This document shows, in pieces, positions 32,175-41,996 of a stretch of DNA of 64,000 nt. The stretch lies in the IMG/VR virus record IMGVR_UViG_3300000303_000010. One strand, given 5' to 3'. Source of the DNA: a virus. Position 1 is the first letter of the stretch, and each line of letters opens with the position of its first letter. Below the pieces are notes generated by a model. It saw only the letters and a list, made by a program, of their open reading frames with translations. It had not been told where the DNA came from and searched no databases. A program made the position numbers and the translations under genes.

Positions 32175-32813
32175 ATGATTAATTTATTCCTTCTTCAATC
32201 TGGTGTAACCGATGCTACACTAGAAGTAGCTCAAAATATCCACGAATATGGCATTGCAGTAGTAATCTGCAGCCTATTCGTGGTATTATCTGCAGCTCTG
32301 ATGATAACCTGTTTTAAATGGTTTAAGTCTATCATAGAGCAAATTATGAGTAATTATTCTGTACAGTTATCCAAACTGTATGAAGTCTCTAATCGTAATG
32401 GTGAAGTTCTAGTGGATATTGCAGAAGGTTTAGTATCTGAAACTATACTGAGAACAAAGACTATATGTGAATCCTTGTTAGATACTGCTTTTCTCAAGAG
32501 TAAGGATTTAGTACCTCGAGTAATTGAAGAAAACAATATTCAAGATAAAGAAGCTACTAAAAAGAAAGTAATGGTACTTATATCTAATATATTTGAGGAT
32601 GTATATACCAAAGCTAATTACTTTACTTTTAAGGGGAAACCCTTATCTCATTATATGGATAAAGAATCTTGGGTTAAACTGGTATCAGAAGCGGTATATA
32701 ATGAGATATACCTTAAAGTAAATTCCGATAGAACTTATACCAATGTTAAGATGATCTATGATAATATAGAACTAGAGATATTCCATAACATTAACAATAT
32801 TAAAAGAAGATGA
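32175..32813 (+). CDS. Membrane-anchored protein (holin-like candidate)
   Basis: One strong hydrophobic helix GIAVVICSLFVVLSAALMITCFKWF, then an amphipathic cytoplasmic domain. Confidence 0.45.
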   Translation: MINLFLLQSGVTDATLEVAQNIHEYGIAVVICSLFVVLSAALMITCFKWFKSIIEQIMSNYSVQLSKLYEVSNRNGEVLVDIAEGLVSETILRTKTICESLLDTAFLKSKDLVPRVIEENNIQDKEATKKKVMVLISNIFEDVYTKANYFTFKGKPLSHYMDKESWVKLVSEAVYNEIYLKVNSDRTYTNVKMIYDNIELEIFHNINNIKRR

Positions 32814-34435
32814 GTCAGAAAACTTTATTTGGATACCAATCGGTAATAAGATCTTCCGAGGTATCTCGGGCAATATCAATACCTCCTGGAGTAGGCCCAA
32901 TTTTTGGATATGGTTCGGGAGTAGTAGATAACTCTACTGGAGTTTGGAAAGTTCTAATATATCCAAATTATTATGGAGATACCAATGCTGCAGAAGGAGT
33001 TATACAAGTTAAGGATACTAACTATAAACGTACTGCAGATAAATACATTAGGCCTATAATTAGAGATTTGGTAAATTCCCATAATATTCAAGTTGAAAGT
33101 GAAACTATAAACAACCAGGGTCAATCTAATAATCAAGGTTCATCCGGTATTGCTAAGTTTGGTTTAATTACTAGGGATGGTCATCTCTTATATGATGATA
33201 CTGATCATATAGAGGTAGAGATTTTAAATGCCGACACCTTTGGTAATAATGGTCCTGCTGAAGTAGCTGTTTTCGCTATACACAATAATATTGAGGAAAA
33301 TGTAGAAAGTGAAGTTACTTATATGGCTTTTCCCAATATTAATGCGGGATCTAAGCCAGAGGGAACTTATTCCGGTATTTCTAGTGATTACTCAGGTATT
33401 AAAACTTTCTATGATTTATTCAGGGTATCTGCTGATGCTTATACTTACAAGGATATATCTGAGCCTAATTTTGGTTTAGATAATATTGCTTCTGAAACTA
33501 ATAATTTTGGGGATTTGAAGTTAAATTACTCTAAACTATTGGGTTATGTAAGAAGTATATTGGGAAATGCTGTTACCATACCTATAGATGGTCCCGATGT
33601 TACTCTAGTCGGAGTCTATGGAGTAGGTAATTACCAAGATGAAGACGGTAATACTCAATTGGAATCCTTTTCCATAGTTCCCTATGGAGGTAAATGGCCA
33701 TATGATATACCCTTTAGTTTGGCTATGTTAAATGGGATAGCTAAAAACTTTAATTTCCTTAGAGGTTTAATGGAGGGATTCCCCTTTACTGAAACCAATG
33801 GAGGTACCGTATATAATAATATTAAGGGGTATATCGATGATAAGATTTCTGAGATAGCTAATTCTTTACAATCACAACATAGTGCTTTAATACCTTCTGG
33901 ATTAATCTGTTTATGGGATAATGCCGATAATATACCTGAAGGGTGGTCTGTATACAATGATGCGGGAGGTAGAATAGTTATTGGTTTTGTATCGGGTAAT
34001 GGATTGACCTTAGGTACAGGACAAGTTCAAATACAAAGCCCCGGACAAACTTATGGTACGGGTAGTGATGATGATTGGAAATTAGTTATAAAAGGTACCG
34101 ATCTCCCAGCTCATACTCATGCAATAGCGGTATTTCCCTGGGGAATGGAAGATGATGGTTCAGCTTCTGATAGTAGGGATAACTTTATTCCTGCTGATTG
34201 GTCTGCCTATAATTTTACTTCAAGCGTTACTAGTGGAGGAGGATGGAAGAACAACAGTATGTCTCAAACATCTTGGGATTCAGCTAGACTTAAGGGTAAT
34301 GCCTTTGGAACTAGTAAGAACTTAACTAAAGAACTTTCTAATACTAATGTAGAGAATCTTCTTCAAACTAAGGATGAGATTACTTTAAATAAAGCTTTCC
34401 CAATGATTGCCTTGATATATATTAAGAAAGATTGA
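32810..34435 (+). CDS. Tail collar-domain / short fibre protein
   Basis: C-terminal IPSGLICLWD...IPEGWSVY...GGRIVIG...DLPAHTH...PMIALIYIKK collar-type motif. Confidence 0.7.
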   Translation: MSQKTLFGYQSVIRSSEVSRAISIPPGVGPIFGYGSGVVDNSTGVWKVLIYPNYYGDTNAAEGVIQVKDTNYKRTADKYIRPIIRDLVNSHNIQVESETINNQGQSNNQGSSGIAKFGLITRDGHLLYDDTDHIEVEILNADTFGNNGPAEVAVFAIHNNIEENVESEVTYMAFPNINAGSKPEGTYSGISSDYSGIKTFYDLFRVSADAYTYKDISEPNFGLDNIASETNNFGDLKLNYSKLLGYVRSILGNAVTIPIDGPDVTLVGVYGVGNYQDEDGNTQLESFSIVPYGGKWPYDIPFSLAMLNGIAKNFNFLRGLMEGFPFTETNGGTVYNNIKGYIDDKISEIANSLQSQHSALIPSGLICLWDNADNIPEGWSVYNDAGGRIVIGFVSGNGLTLGTGQVQIQSPGQTYGTGSDDDWKLVIKGTDLPAHTHAIAVFPWGMEDDGSASDSRDNFIPADWSAYNFTSSVTSGGGWKNNSMSQTSWDSARLKGNAFGTSKNLTKELSNTNVENLLQTKDEITLNKAFPMIALIYIKKD

Positions 34436-34442
34436 TTATGAG

Positions 34443-34477
34443 AAAAGAGGATCCTATTTTATAAGGATCCTCTTTTT
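34443..34477. terminator. Bidirectional intrinsic terminator between convergent genes
   Basis: AAAAGAGGATCCT-ATTTTATA-AGGATCCTCTTTT(T): a perfect 13-bp inverted repeat with A/T tracts on both sides. Confidence 0.85.
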
Positions 34478-34481
34478 GTGT

Positions 34482-35129
34482 TTAATAATGTAGTTCTTTT
34501 TTGGCTTTATCTAACCAAAATTCTATATCCTCTTTTAGTTCGGTAAAGTATCTGATAGAATTCCTGGTTTTAGGCATATTAAAGAAATCTACTAAAATTA
34601 AATTAGTTACTCTAGCTCCATCCTTAATCTGCTCTTTTATATAAGGTGGAGGTGTAACTGTTACTTCCCAAACTAACTTAGCATCTGTATTTAGATGTTC
34701 CATCATATAATCATTTAACATCTTCCACATTTCATTGTGAGCAGTAACTTCCTTAGTATCATCCTCTAACTCTTTACTATCATCAAATAAATCTTCTAAT
34801 CGACATTGATTTTGATAATAGGATGCTCGTTCAGTATAGGCATATCGAAGTAATTTACTTTTATAAGTACTAAGGGAGGCAAGGATCTGGGCTTTTAAAT
34901 GTTCCTCTGTATCGGTCCCATAATATTTATTAAATACAAATAACATCTTATCCCAAAAATAGGACTGTATAATATCCGGAGTGAGATCAAATCTCTTGGC
35001 ATCAATTTGCCTAACAAGGTTTCGAATAACTGGCTTACAGATTTTATACATCCGTTGGAATACGGCTTGGTCATATTCCTTCATAGGTTTTAACCTATGG
35101 ATCTCGGAGCCATTGTAATTAGTTTGCAT
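34482..35129 (-). CDS. Phage sigma-70-like (ECF-size) transcription factor
   Basis: Region-2-like segment AVFQRMYKICKPVIRNLVRQ...DIIQSYFWDKMLFVFNKY and region-4-like C-terminus ending DKAKKELHY. Only credible minus-strand gene in the window. Confidence 0.6.
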   Translation of the reverse strand: MQTNYNGSEIHRLKPMKEYDQAVFQRMYKICKPVIRNLVRQIDAKRFDLTPDIIQSYFWDKMLFVFNKYYGTDTEEHLKAQILASLSTYKSKLLRYAYTERASYYQNQCRLEDLFDDSKELEDDTKEVTAHNEMWKMLNDYMMEHLNTDAKLVWEVTVTPPPYIKEQIKDGARVTNLILVDFFNMPKTRNSIRYFTELKEDIEFWLDKAKKELHY

Positions 35130-35153
35130 AATTATAATTATTTAAAGTGTTAA

Positions 35154-35187
35154 TGCAAATATAATAATAATATATGTAATATGCAAA
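35154..35187 (-). promoter_or_regulatory. Bacteroidota primary-sigma promoter for the sigma-like gene
   Basis: Minus strand reads TTTG(-33)-N20-TATATTTG(-7)CA (plus-strand CAAA 35184-35187 and CAAATATA 35156-35163), 26 nt upstream of the ATG. Matches the TTTG...TAnnTTTG consensus. Confidence 0.8.
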
Positions 35188-35305
35188 TATTTTAATAAAA
35201 ATTATATATTTAAGCTGTGGATGGTAGCTATATGGTAAGAGGTTAGATTGAGCTACACTTCATCCAGTACTATATCAGTGTACATCTAAACTATGTTTAT
35301 GCAAT

Positions 35306-36748
35306 ATGAAAGCAAAAGATAAAACTAAATTCGAATTCAGTATAGAATTTCAATTGGAGATCCTAAGATTTTTAATTAGGAGTAAGGAAGCTGGTTTAGT
35401 GATTAATCGGATTAAACCCAGTTATCTGGTACTTATTGAGCATGCCATTATTGCCGAGGGCATATTTAAGTATTATAAAAAGAATAAAAGAGTACCCTCC
35501 GAGAATATTCTTAAAGAGGTAATAAAAGAGTTGCTAGAATCTAAGGATTATATTGACCTGGTAACTAAGGATGACATCCCAAATATATTCAAGATAGTTC
35601 ACAATCTCTATAATGAACCTCTGAAAGATGCCGATTTTATTCGAGAGAAGATATACCAATTCTCCACCTATGTTCAGATGAAAAATCTAAATGATTCTTT
35701 CGATCTGAATAATTTTGATCAGTACGAAGAATATGCTAAGAAAATCGATAATATCCTTAAAAAATCCAAACCTAAACAGGATGATGAACCCATATATCTT
35801 ATTAGGGATACTACTGAGAGGCAATTTAAACGCCAAGCAGAACCCGATGTAATACCTTCTCCATTTAGGCAATTAAATCAACTCACAAATGCCAATGGAT
35901 TCCCCTCTGGATCTGTGATTGTATTATTGGATAAACCTAAGGCAAAGAAAACCTTCTTCCTTATCAATACTGCTAGAGGATATCTAAGGATGAAAAAATC
36001 CGTCCTATATATAGATACAGAAAATGGTAAAAATCAAATAATGGATCGAATGATCCAATCCTCTATCAATAAAACCAAGGCTGAATTATATTCAGGAGAA
36101 TATGATAAACTCGAATCCCAACACATGAGGAAACTTGCAAGGTTTGGGGTGGAATTTATTGTTGATAGAGTTCCCGCAATTATTACGGATTGTAATTATA
36201 TAAGGGATTTAATCCTTAAACTTAGGAATCAAGGAATAGATATCCGGGTATTAATGATTGATTACGCTGCAAAATTAGCCTCAATAAATAGAGATAAGGA
36301 AGACTTCGATAGGATTAGTAATATATATGTAGATATCCAAAATCTGGCAGATGATATGCAATTAGATTGTATATGGACTGCTAACCACATTACAAGGGAT
36401 GGAGCAAAGCATAGAGAAACTCGATATGAGGAAAATGATATATCGGGAGCAATATCCATTGTTCGTAATGCTCAGTGTATATTGGGATTAAATGCTACTC
36501 CTCAAGAGGAAAAGGATAATATCCAAAGGCTTGAGGTAGTAGTTAATAGGGATGGACTTCCTTTTGGAAGGGCATTATTTAAAGTAGATGTTGATAGACA
36601 ACGTGCAATCGAATTCACAAAAGAGCAAAGAAAGTCATATGATTCCGTATATGGGAAGCAGTTAGAGGAAAAACTTAAAGGTAGAACTAAGAGAGTTAAT
36701 CCTGATGCTGATCCTAATAAACGGAATAGAACAACTGGAGATGTATGA
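35306..36748 (+). CDS. dnaB: Replicative DnaB-like helicase
   Basis: IPSPFRQLNQLTNANGF, Walker B VLMIDYA, WTANH and RYEENDISGAISIVRNA. Walker A is atypical (DKPKAKKT). Confidence 0.8.
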   Translation: MKAKDKTKFEFSIEFQLEILRFLIRSKEAGLVINRIKPSYLVLIEHAIIAEGIFKYYKKNKRVPSENILKEVIKELLESKDYIDLVTKDDIPNIFKIVHNLYNEPLKDADFIREKIYQFSTYVQMKNLNDSFDLNNFDQYEEYAKKIDNILKKSKPKQDDEPIYLIRDTTERQFKRQAEPDVIPSPFRQLNQLTNANGFPSGSVIVLLDKPKAKKTFFLINTARGYLRMKKSVLYIDTENGKNQIMDRMIQSSINKTKAELYSGEYDKLESQHMRKLARFGVEFIVDRVPAIITDCNYIRDLILKLRNQGIDIRVLMIDYAAKLASINRDKEDFDRISNIYVDIQNLADDMQLDCIWTANHITRDGAKHRETRYEENDISGAISIVRNAQCILGLNATPQEEKDNIQRLEVVVNRDGLPFGRALFKVDVDRQRAIEFTKEQRKSYDSVYGKQLEEKLKGRTKRVNPDADPNKRNRTTGDV

Positions 36749-37698
36749 AAATAACTAATCACTTTAAATCTCAGATTAAGACCTATTTGGTTAAGAGATT
36801 GGGGTGCTTCGATTATAAGCACGGGTGGATGAGAGTTCCTATTTGTCCATATTGTGGAAGGAAAGAGAAGATGGGTGTTAACCTTACTATGTTTAGATGT
36901 AATTGTTTTAGGTGTAATGCCCATCCTTCTCCTTCCCAATTAATAATGGATATCGAAAATATAGATACTTATTCCGAACTTATCCAATTCCTTAATCAGG
37001 GGGATTTTAATGAGCTTACCTTCAAAGAAGAGAAATATGAATTAGCCGAAACTAAACCCATTTACCTTCCAGAAGGGTTTGTTAATATCTCAGTAGGTAC
37101 AGGTACACTTGGTAAGATAATGCAGAATTATGTTAAGAAAAGAGGTTTTACGATCGATTACCTTTCTCGTATGGGAGTTGGTTATTGTAATTCGGGCCCC
37201 TTGTTTGGCTACCTTATAATACCTTTCACATATCAGGGGAAGCTTACTTATTATAATGCCCGATTAGTTGTGGGTAATGGTCCCCGATATAATAATCCCA
37301 ATAAAGATATAACTGGATTGGGGAAAGAATTTATTATATTTAATAGGGATGCTTTGGATATGTATCGAACCATATTTATTTGTGAAGGAGCAATAAATGC
37401 CCTAACTATGGGAGAAAGAGGTATAGCTACTATGGGGAAAGCCATAAGCAGGTTCCAACTTAACCTCCTTATCAAATCACAAGTAGAGAGGATTATTATC
37501 CTGTTAGATTCTGATGCTAAATTATATGCGATAAACTTAGCATTAAAACTGGTACCATTTAAGAAGGTAAAAGTAATCCTATTTGAGGATGAAAAGGATG
37601 TCAATGATCTGGGCTATCATAAGGTAATGAGAATGGTATATAATACTCATTATCAATCTTATAAAGATCTGATAACTATGAAGAACTCTCTCGATTGA
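36745..37698 (+). CDS. dnaG: DNA primase
   Basis: Zn finger CPYC...CNCFRC; TOPRIM motifs ICEG and LDSD; KDVNDL. Confidence 0.88.
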   Translation: MKITNHFKSQIKTYLVKRLGCFDYKHGWMRVPICPYCGRKEKMGVNLTMFRCNCFRCNAHPSPSQLIMDIENIDTYSELIQFLNQGDFNELTFKEEKYELAETKPIYLPEGFVNISVGTGTLGKIMQNYVKKRGFTIDYLSRMGVGYCNSGPLFGYLIIPFTYQGKLTYYNARLVVGNGPRYNNPNKDITGLGKEFIIFNRDALDMYRTIFICEGAINALTMGERGIATMGKAISRFQLNLLIKSQVERIIILLDSDAKLYAINLALKLVPFKKVKVILFEDEKDVNDLGYHKVMRMVYNTHYQSYKDLITMKNSLD

Positions 37699-37928
37699 GG
37701 AGTTCATATATTATTATAAATAACACTTTGAATATGGAACTATTATTTAAATTCATTCGAAACTTAGGCATATTAATTATTGGGGTTATCCTAGTTTTAA
37801 CTATTGTGGTACCTTTAGTTAGGGTAATTCAAGAACCTTGGAATTACCTATCCTCTGGTATAATTCTTATAATCCTAGTTGCTTTTATAGTATCCTTAAT
37901 CCAGTATCTAAATGGAAAAGATAAATAA
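37695..37928 (+). CDS. Small two-TM membrane protein
   Basis: Two hydrophobic helices; overlaps both neighbours, consistent with translational coupling. Confidence 0.55.
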   Translation: MRSSYIIINNTLNMELLFKFIRNLGILIIGVILVLTIVVPLVRVIQEPWNYLSSGIILIILVAFIVSLIQYLNGKDK

Positions 37929-38757
37929 AAGAGATCCCTCAATCCACATTACTAAATCCCAGTTCCAGGAAATTTGTAAGGATCTTGGGATTGAGCTTCC
38001 TGTTGATATTATCTTTACTTATGCTCAACGTAAGGCAATAAATACTAGAAGTATATTAGTTAGTAACGATAAAATCAATAAGCAAGTTAATAATGTTTTA
38101 CTAGCAGATAAGGGAGATGCTCAAATGGTTGCCGATATTATATATGCAACCCGTATCAAACTTAAGCATAGAGGAGTAAGGAAAATAAATCAAGGCAATC
38201 TAAGGGAATGGACTAATTGTAAAAAGCTTGCCGAGATTTGTAATACCTTTTGCCAAGATTTTGAATTACCTACCAGAGAGGGATTTATTAAGTATATCGA
38301 ACTTGGTATAAAGAAAATGCCCGATGCCCGAGGATTAACTACTCGTTTAATAGGACTACAAGATTCTATTACCGAGGAATTCTCTGCAATTAAAGAGATC
38401 CAAGAATTATCACCTAAAGATAAACAAACAATATCACAAATACAAGATTTTTATGTTAGGCAAATTGCTGACCGAACTGGGATATACGAACCGATTAAAG
38501 ATCCCGGGAAGTTTACTCATTTTATTAGGTTATATGATTTTCTTAATAAAAAAGGGTGGAACTACAAAGAATATATAATTGCCCAATTTGAAGGGTTAGC
38601 TTGGTGTAATGGTATACCCGAGTTATCTCAATTAACTTCGGAAAAGGCAATATCAAGGTATAATAAATACCTATATAAACATGGGGAGGATATTACTCAA
38701 GAGGATGATGATGAGGAAGGTTCTCTCTGGGATAAGATAAATCAAAAAGACGATTAA
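37912..38757 (+). CDS. Hypothetical replication-associated protein
   Basis: 281 aa helical protein between primase and SF2 helicase; no motif recognised. Confidence 0.5.
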   Translation: MEKINKRDPSIHITKSQFQEICKDLGIELPVDIIFTYAQRKAINTRSILVSNDKINKQVNNVLLADKGDAQMVADIIYATRIKLKHRGVRKINQGNLREWTNCKKLAEICNTFCQDFELPTREGFIKYIELGIKKMPDARGLTTRLIGLQDSITEEFSAIKEIQELSPKDKQTISQIQDFYVRQIADRTGIYEPIKDPGKFTHFIRLYDFLNKKGWNYKEYIIAQFEGLAWCNGIPELSQLTSEKAISRYNKYLYKHGEDITQEDDDEEGSLWDKINQKDD

Positions 38758-38758
38758 T

Positions 38759-41488
38759 ATGGGAAAGATTTTAATTAGAAACTGTAATCAATGTGAGTTG
38801 GATATACCTTTAAAGTATGCCAACCAATTGTATAAGGATTTACAAATTCGACATCCCCAAGCATTTTACCTTACTACTCGTATGAGGAATTTAAGAAACT
38901 GGGATGGATATGTGAAATTTATTACTGCTCGAGGACAATTTAAAATAGGATTACTTCCTCGAGTTTGTAATTTATTAAGGGATTATGGATATGAGGATTT
39001 TGAGGTAATTGATTTTCGAAAACCCGTACCTATCATTGCAAAACCTATTACTCAGATTGGGGATTTTAAATTGAGACCGGAACAGATTAAGGCAGTTAAT
39101 GCAGTTCTCCATTCTAAGGTAGAAGGTATACCTTATCATATTGGGGTGATTGACTACACGGTTAATGCAGGTAAATGTACTGGTAAAGGTACTTTAATAC
39201 ATACCGAAGATGGTTTATTACCCATTGAACAAATTGTTTCGGAGGAGGGTAAAATAATATATAAGGGTAAGGTTCTTACGAAAGAAGGTGAATTAGTAAA
39301 ACCCAAAGCGGGGGTATTTAATAATATTAGGGTGGTTAAAATAACCACTACTCAAGGTTATAATCTCATATGTGGTTATGATAATCATAAGCTGTATACT
39401 TATTATAAAGGTAAATTGCAATGGATTTATGCTCGAGATTTAAAGAAGGGTGATTATTTACCTATATCCTTAGAATATTCAAGATCCGAAAATAAGATCG
39501 GTAAGGACTTATGTTATGTATTAGGAGCTTTATCAGGAGATGGGCATATACATAGAGTTTCAGATAATCAGATAGTTATATCTATTTCTGGACAAGATAT
39601 AGAAGTAGCTGAAATGGTAAAATCCGTTTTAGATAATATATGTAAAACTCCCGTAAAGATAAAACCCCATAGAGGATTCGATGGTTTTCATATATCAAAA
39701 TCTGATACTAACTTTACTCATATTCTACAATCTGAATATCCAGAGTTAATAAACTTAGCCCATAGTAAATATGTACCAGATAAAATCCTCAGATCTTCTT
39801 ATGAAGATATGAGGAATTATATAGCGGGATTATTTGATACAGATGGTCATAATTCATCATCACATGGTAGAAGATCTTTATCATTTAGTACGGTAAATTA
39901 TGAGAATGCTAAACGAGTACAACAAATGTTATTATCTCTGGGTATAGCTTCTTGTTTAAGACCTAAGAAAACTTTATTTAAAGGCAAGAGAGGTATTACT
40001 TATAGATTAACTATTCATAGTGAATACTATGATGAGTTTTTAGAGATTATACCTTTGAGAATTAAGAGAAAGTGTATACCTAGTAATCCTAAACGTAATA
40101 ATTACAGCAACAAACTTCCCTTTGGGGATCTAGCTAAATTCTTATATAATATTCTTTCTTGGAAAGAGAGGGGAGAATTTAAAGAATTATATGGTGATAC
40201 TATAAGGAATCAGATTACTCATAAAGGTAGAATAACTTTAACAGCTTTTATATATTTAATTGAATTTTTAGAATCTAAAGGTTTTAAGGATCCAAAAGCT
40301 AATCAATTACTAAGTTTATCCCAATATTGTTACTGGGATAAGATAGATAAGGTAGAAATAATAGATGAATATCCTTGTTATGATATGGAGATACCTAAAT
40401 ATCATAATTATATATCTAATGGATTTATATCTCATAACACCCTGATCATGTCAGCTCTTTACTTATCCTTCCAGAGAAAATTAAAGACTTTACTTATAAC
40501 CAATGATGCAGATTGGTTAAATCAAGCTAAGAAGGAGTTCAAGGATTATCTCCCTGATGAGGAAATTACTTTTATACAGGGATCTAAGGTAAATCATTGG
40601 GCTAATTTTTCGATTGGTATGGTACAATCCATTTCCAGGAATGTTAAGACTTATCAATCGGAAATGGCAACTGTAGATATGGTACTAGTGGATGAAGCAG
40701 ATTTAGCTGGTAGTAAACAATATCAAACTGTTTTAACTCACTTGTATAATACCCGAGTAAGACTGGGATTATCAGGAACAATTTATATGAGTAACCTTGC
40801 TAAGGATAGGCTTAAGAATATGAATCTCGAATCCTTCTTTGGTCCTACCCTGGCAAAATTCACCTTAAAACAATCCATTAAAAAGGGATATTCTACTGAT
40901 ACCGTAGTAAAAATAATACCCACCAAATCCTATTATGGTAATTATGAATCTCCCTATAATACTTACCAAGAGATTTATAATGACATGATCACTAACAATC
41001 CTCATGCTTGGAAAATAGTATTAGATAGAATATTATTCAATTTAAAGTATGGCAGGATTCCAATGCTCGTAGTATGCAAAATAATAAATCATGCAGAAAA
41101 TCTTTATAGAGTATTTGCTAATGATTCTAGATTAAAAGGATTACGATTAGCTTGTGTTCATGTAGATACTCCAACTAAACAGAGAAATAAAATCTTATCC
41201 GATTTTAGAGAAGGTAATATTGATATCCTAATATCCACTACCATTATTGCTCGAGGTAAAAACTTCCCTAAATTGAGATGTATGATTAATGCTGCCTCAA
41301 TGGATTCCCAGGAAAAATCGATCCAATTCCTTGGTCGATTAGTTCGAACTTGTGAAGGGAAAAATAAAGTTTACCTTGATGATATTCACTATCCTGGAGA
41401 TTATTTGGATAGACATGGGAAACATAGGAAACGGTATTATTTACAGCAAAATCTAAAGGTTATTGATCTATCCAAGTTTCATAGGTAA
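38759..41488 (+). CDS. SF2 DNA helicase (UvsW-like), intein-containing
   Basis: LRPEQ; split Walker A NAGK|T; VDEAD; GLSGT; ISTTIIARGKNFP; QFLGRLVR. Confidence 0.9.
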   Translation: MGKILIRNCNQCELDIPLKYANQLYKDLQIRHPQAFYLTTRMRNLRNWDGYVKFITARGQFKIGLLPRVCNLLRDYGYEDFEVIDFRKPVPIIAKPITQIGDFKLRPEQIKAVNAVLHSKVEGIPYHIGVIDYTVNAGKCTGKGTLIHTEDGLLPIEQIVSEEGKIIYKGKVLTKEGELVKPKAGVFNNIRVVKITTTQGYNLICGYDNHKLYTYYKGKLQWIYARDLKKGDYLPISLEYSRSENKIGKDLCYVLGALSGDGHIHRVSDNQIVISISGQDIEVAEMVKSVLDNICKTPVKIKPHRGFDGFHISKSDTNFTHILQSEYPELINLAHSKYVPDKILRSSYEDMRNYIAGLFDTDGHNSSSHGRRSLSFSTVNYENAKRVQQMLLSLGIASCLRPKKTLFKGKRGITYRLTIHSEYYDEFLEIIPLRIKRKCIPSNPKRNNYSNKLPFGDLAKFLYNILSWKERGEFKELYGDTIRNQITHKGRITLTAFIYLIEFLESKGFKDPKANQLLSLSQYCYWDKIDKVEIIDEYPCYDMEIPKYHNYISNGFISHNTLIMSALYLSFQRKLKTLLITNDADWLNQAKKEFKDYLPDEEITFIQGSKVNHWANFSIGMVQSISRNVKTYQSEMATVDMVLVDEADLAGSKQYQTVLTHLYNTRVRLGLSGTIYMSNLAKDRLKNMNLESFFGPTLAKFTLKQSIKKGYSTDTVVKIIPTKSYYGNYESPYNTYQEIYNDMITNNPHAWKIVLDRILFNLKYGRIPMLVVCKIINHAENLYRVFANDSRLKGLRLACVHVDTPTKQRNKILSDFREGNIDILISTTIIARGKNFPKLRCMINAASMDSQEKSIQFLGRLVRTCEGKNKVYLDDIHYPGDYLDRHGKHRKRYYLQQNLKVIDLSKFHR
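39176..40438 (+). mobile_element. LAGLIDADG intein in helicase Walker A (421 aa)
   Basis: Starts CTGKGTLIHTEDG after GK and ends GFISHN before T. LAGLIDADG motifs VLGALSGDG and IAGLFDTDG. Confidence 0.92.
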
Positions 41489-41648
41489 TAATACCTTCCA
41501 ACTATGATTTTCCAAAGTACTATGTATGTGTGCAATATCATTCCGAGGGAACTGAGGAATGATATTAGGCCTACTACTAAAGAAAATCCCAGAAAAGGAT
41601 TCCACTAAAAATCAATAAACATAAGTATAACATAAAACTTTAAACACA

Positions 41649-41996
41649 ATGATTAACGTATTTGTATTCAATCTCAAACATTTTAGAGAAGGTATAATAT
41701 CTTCTAATGAGGATGGCATTACCCTTAAATTATCCTTCATTGATGAGAATAATCCTCTTTATGAGTATGTATTTATTAAAGATACTTATTCTGAGAAGTA
41801 TTTAAATATGATTTGTTCTTTACTGGGTGATATTTATCAGGAAATGAAAACTGGAGGTTCTAATTATAGATTGAATTTTAATCCGTATAATTCTCGACTA
41901 TGTGGTTCAGAAGGGTATATTTTCGATAGAGTGATTATTAGTAGGAAAGAGAGGAATTCTTCACAAATGACATGTACAGAATATAAGTTATCATGA
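41649..41996 (+). CDS. Hypothetical protein
   Basis: 115 aa ORF with AT-rich leader. Confidence 0.6.
   Translation: MINVFVFNLKHFREGIISSNEDGITLKLSFIDENNPLYEYVFIKDTYSEKYLNMICSLLGDIYQEMKTGGSNYRLNFNPYNSRLCGSEGYIFDRVIISRKERNSSQMTCTEYKLS

Noticed and set aside
8048-34435. Diversity-generating retroelement acting on fibre genes
   Set aside because: No reverse transcriptase and no TR/VR-like near-identical repeat pair seen in this window.
13938-34435. Tailocin or eCIS interpretation of the contractile tail genes
   Set aside because: Terminase, portal, capsid and a full replication module are linked, so this is a complete phage.
36745-37698. Primase EGAINA (Asn where many have Asp) as a sign of inactivity
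   Set aside because: The catalytic Glu and the DxD motif are intact, so the change is probably neutral.
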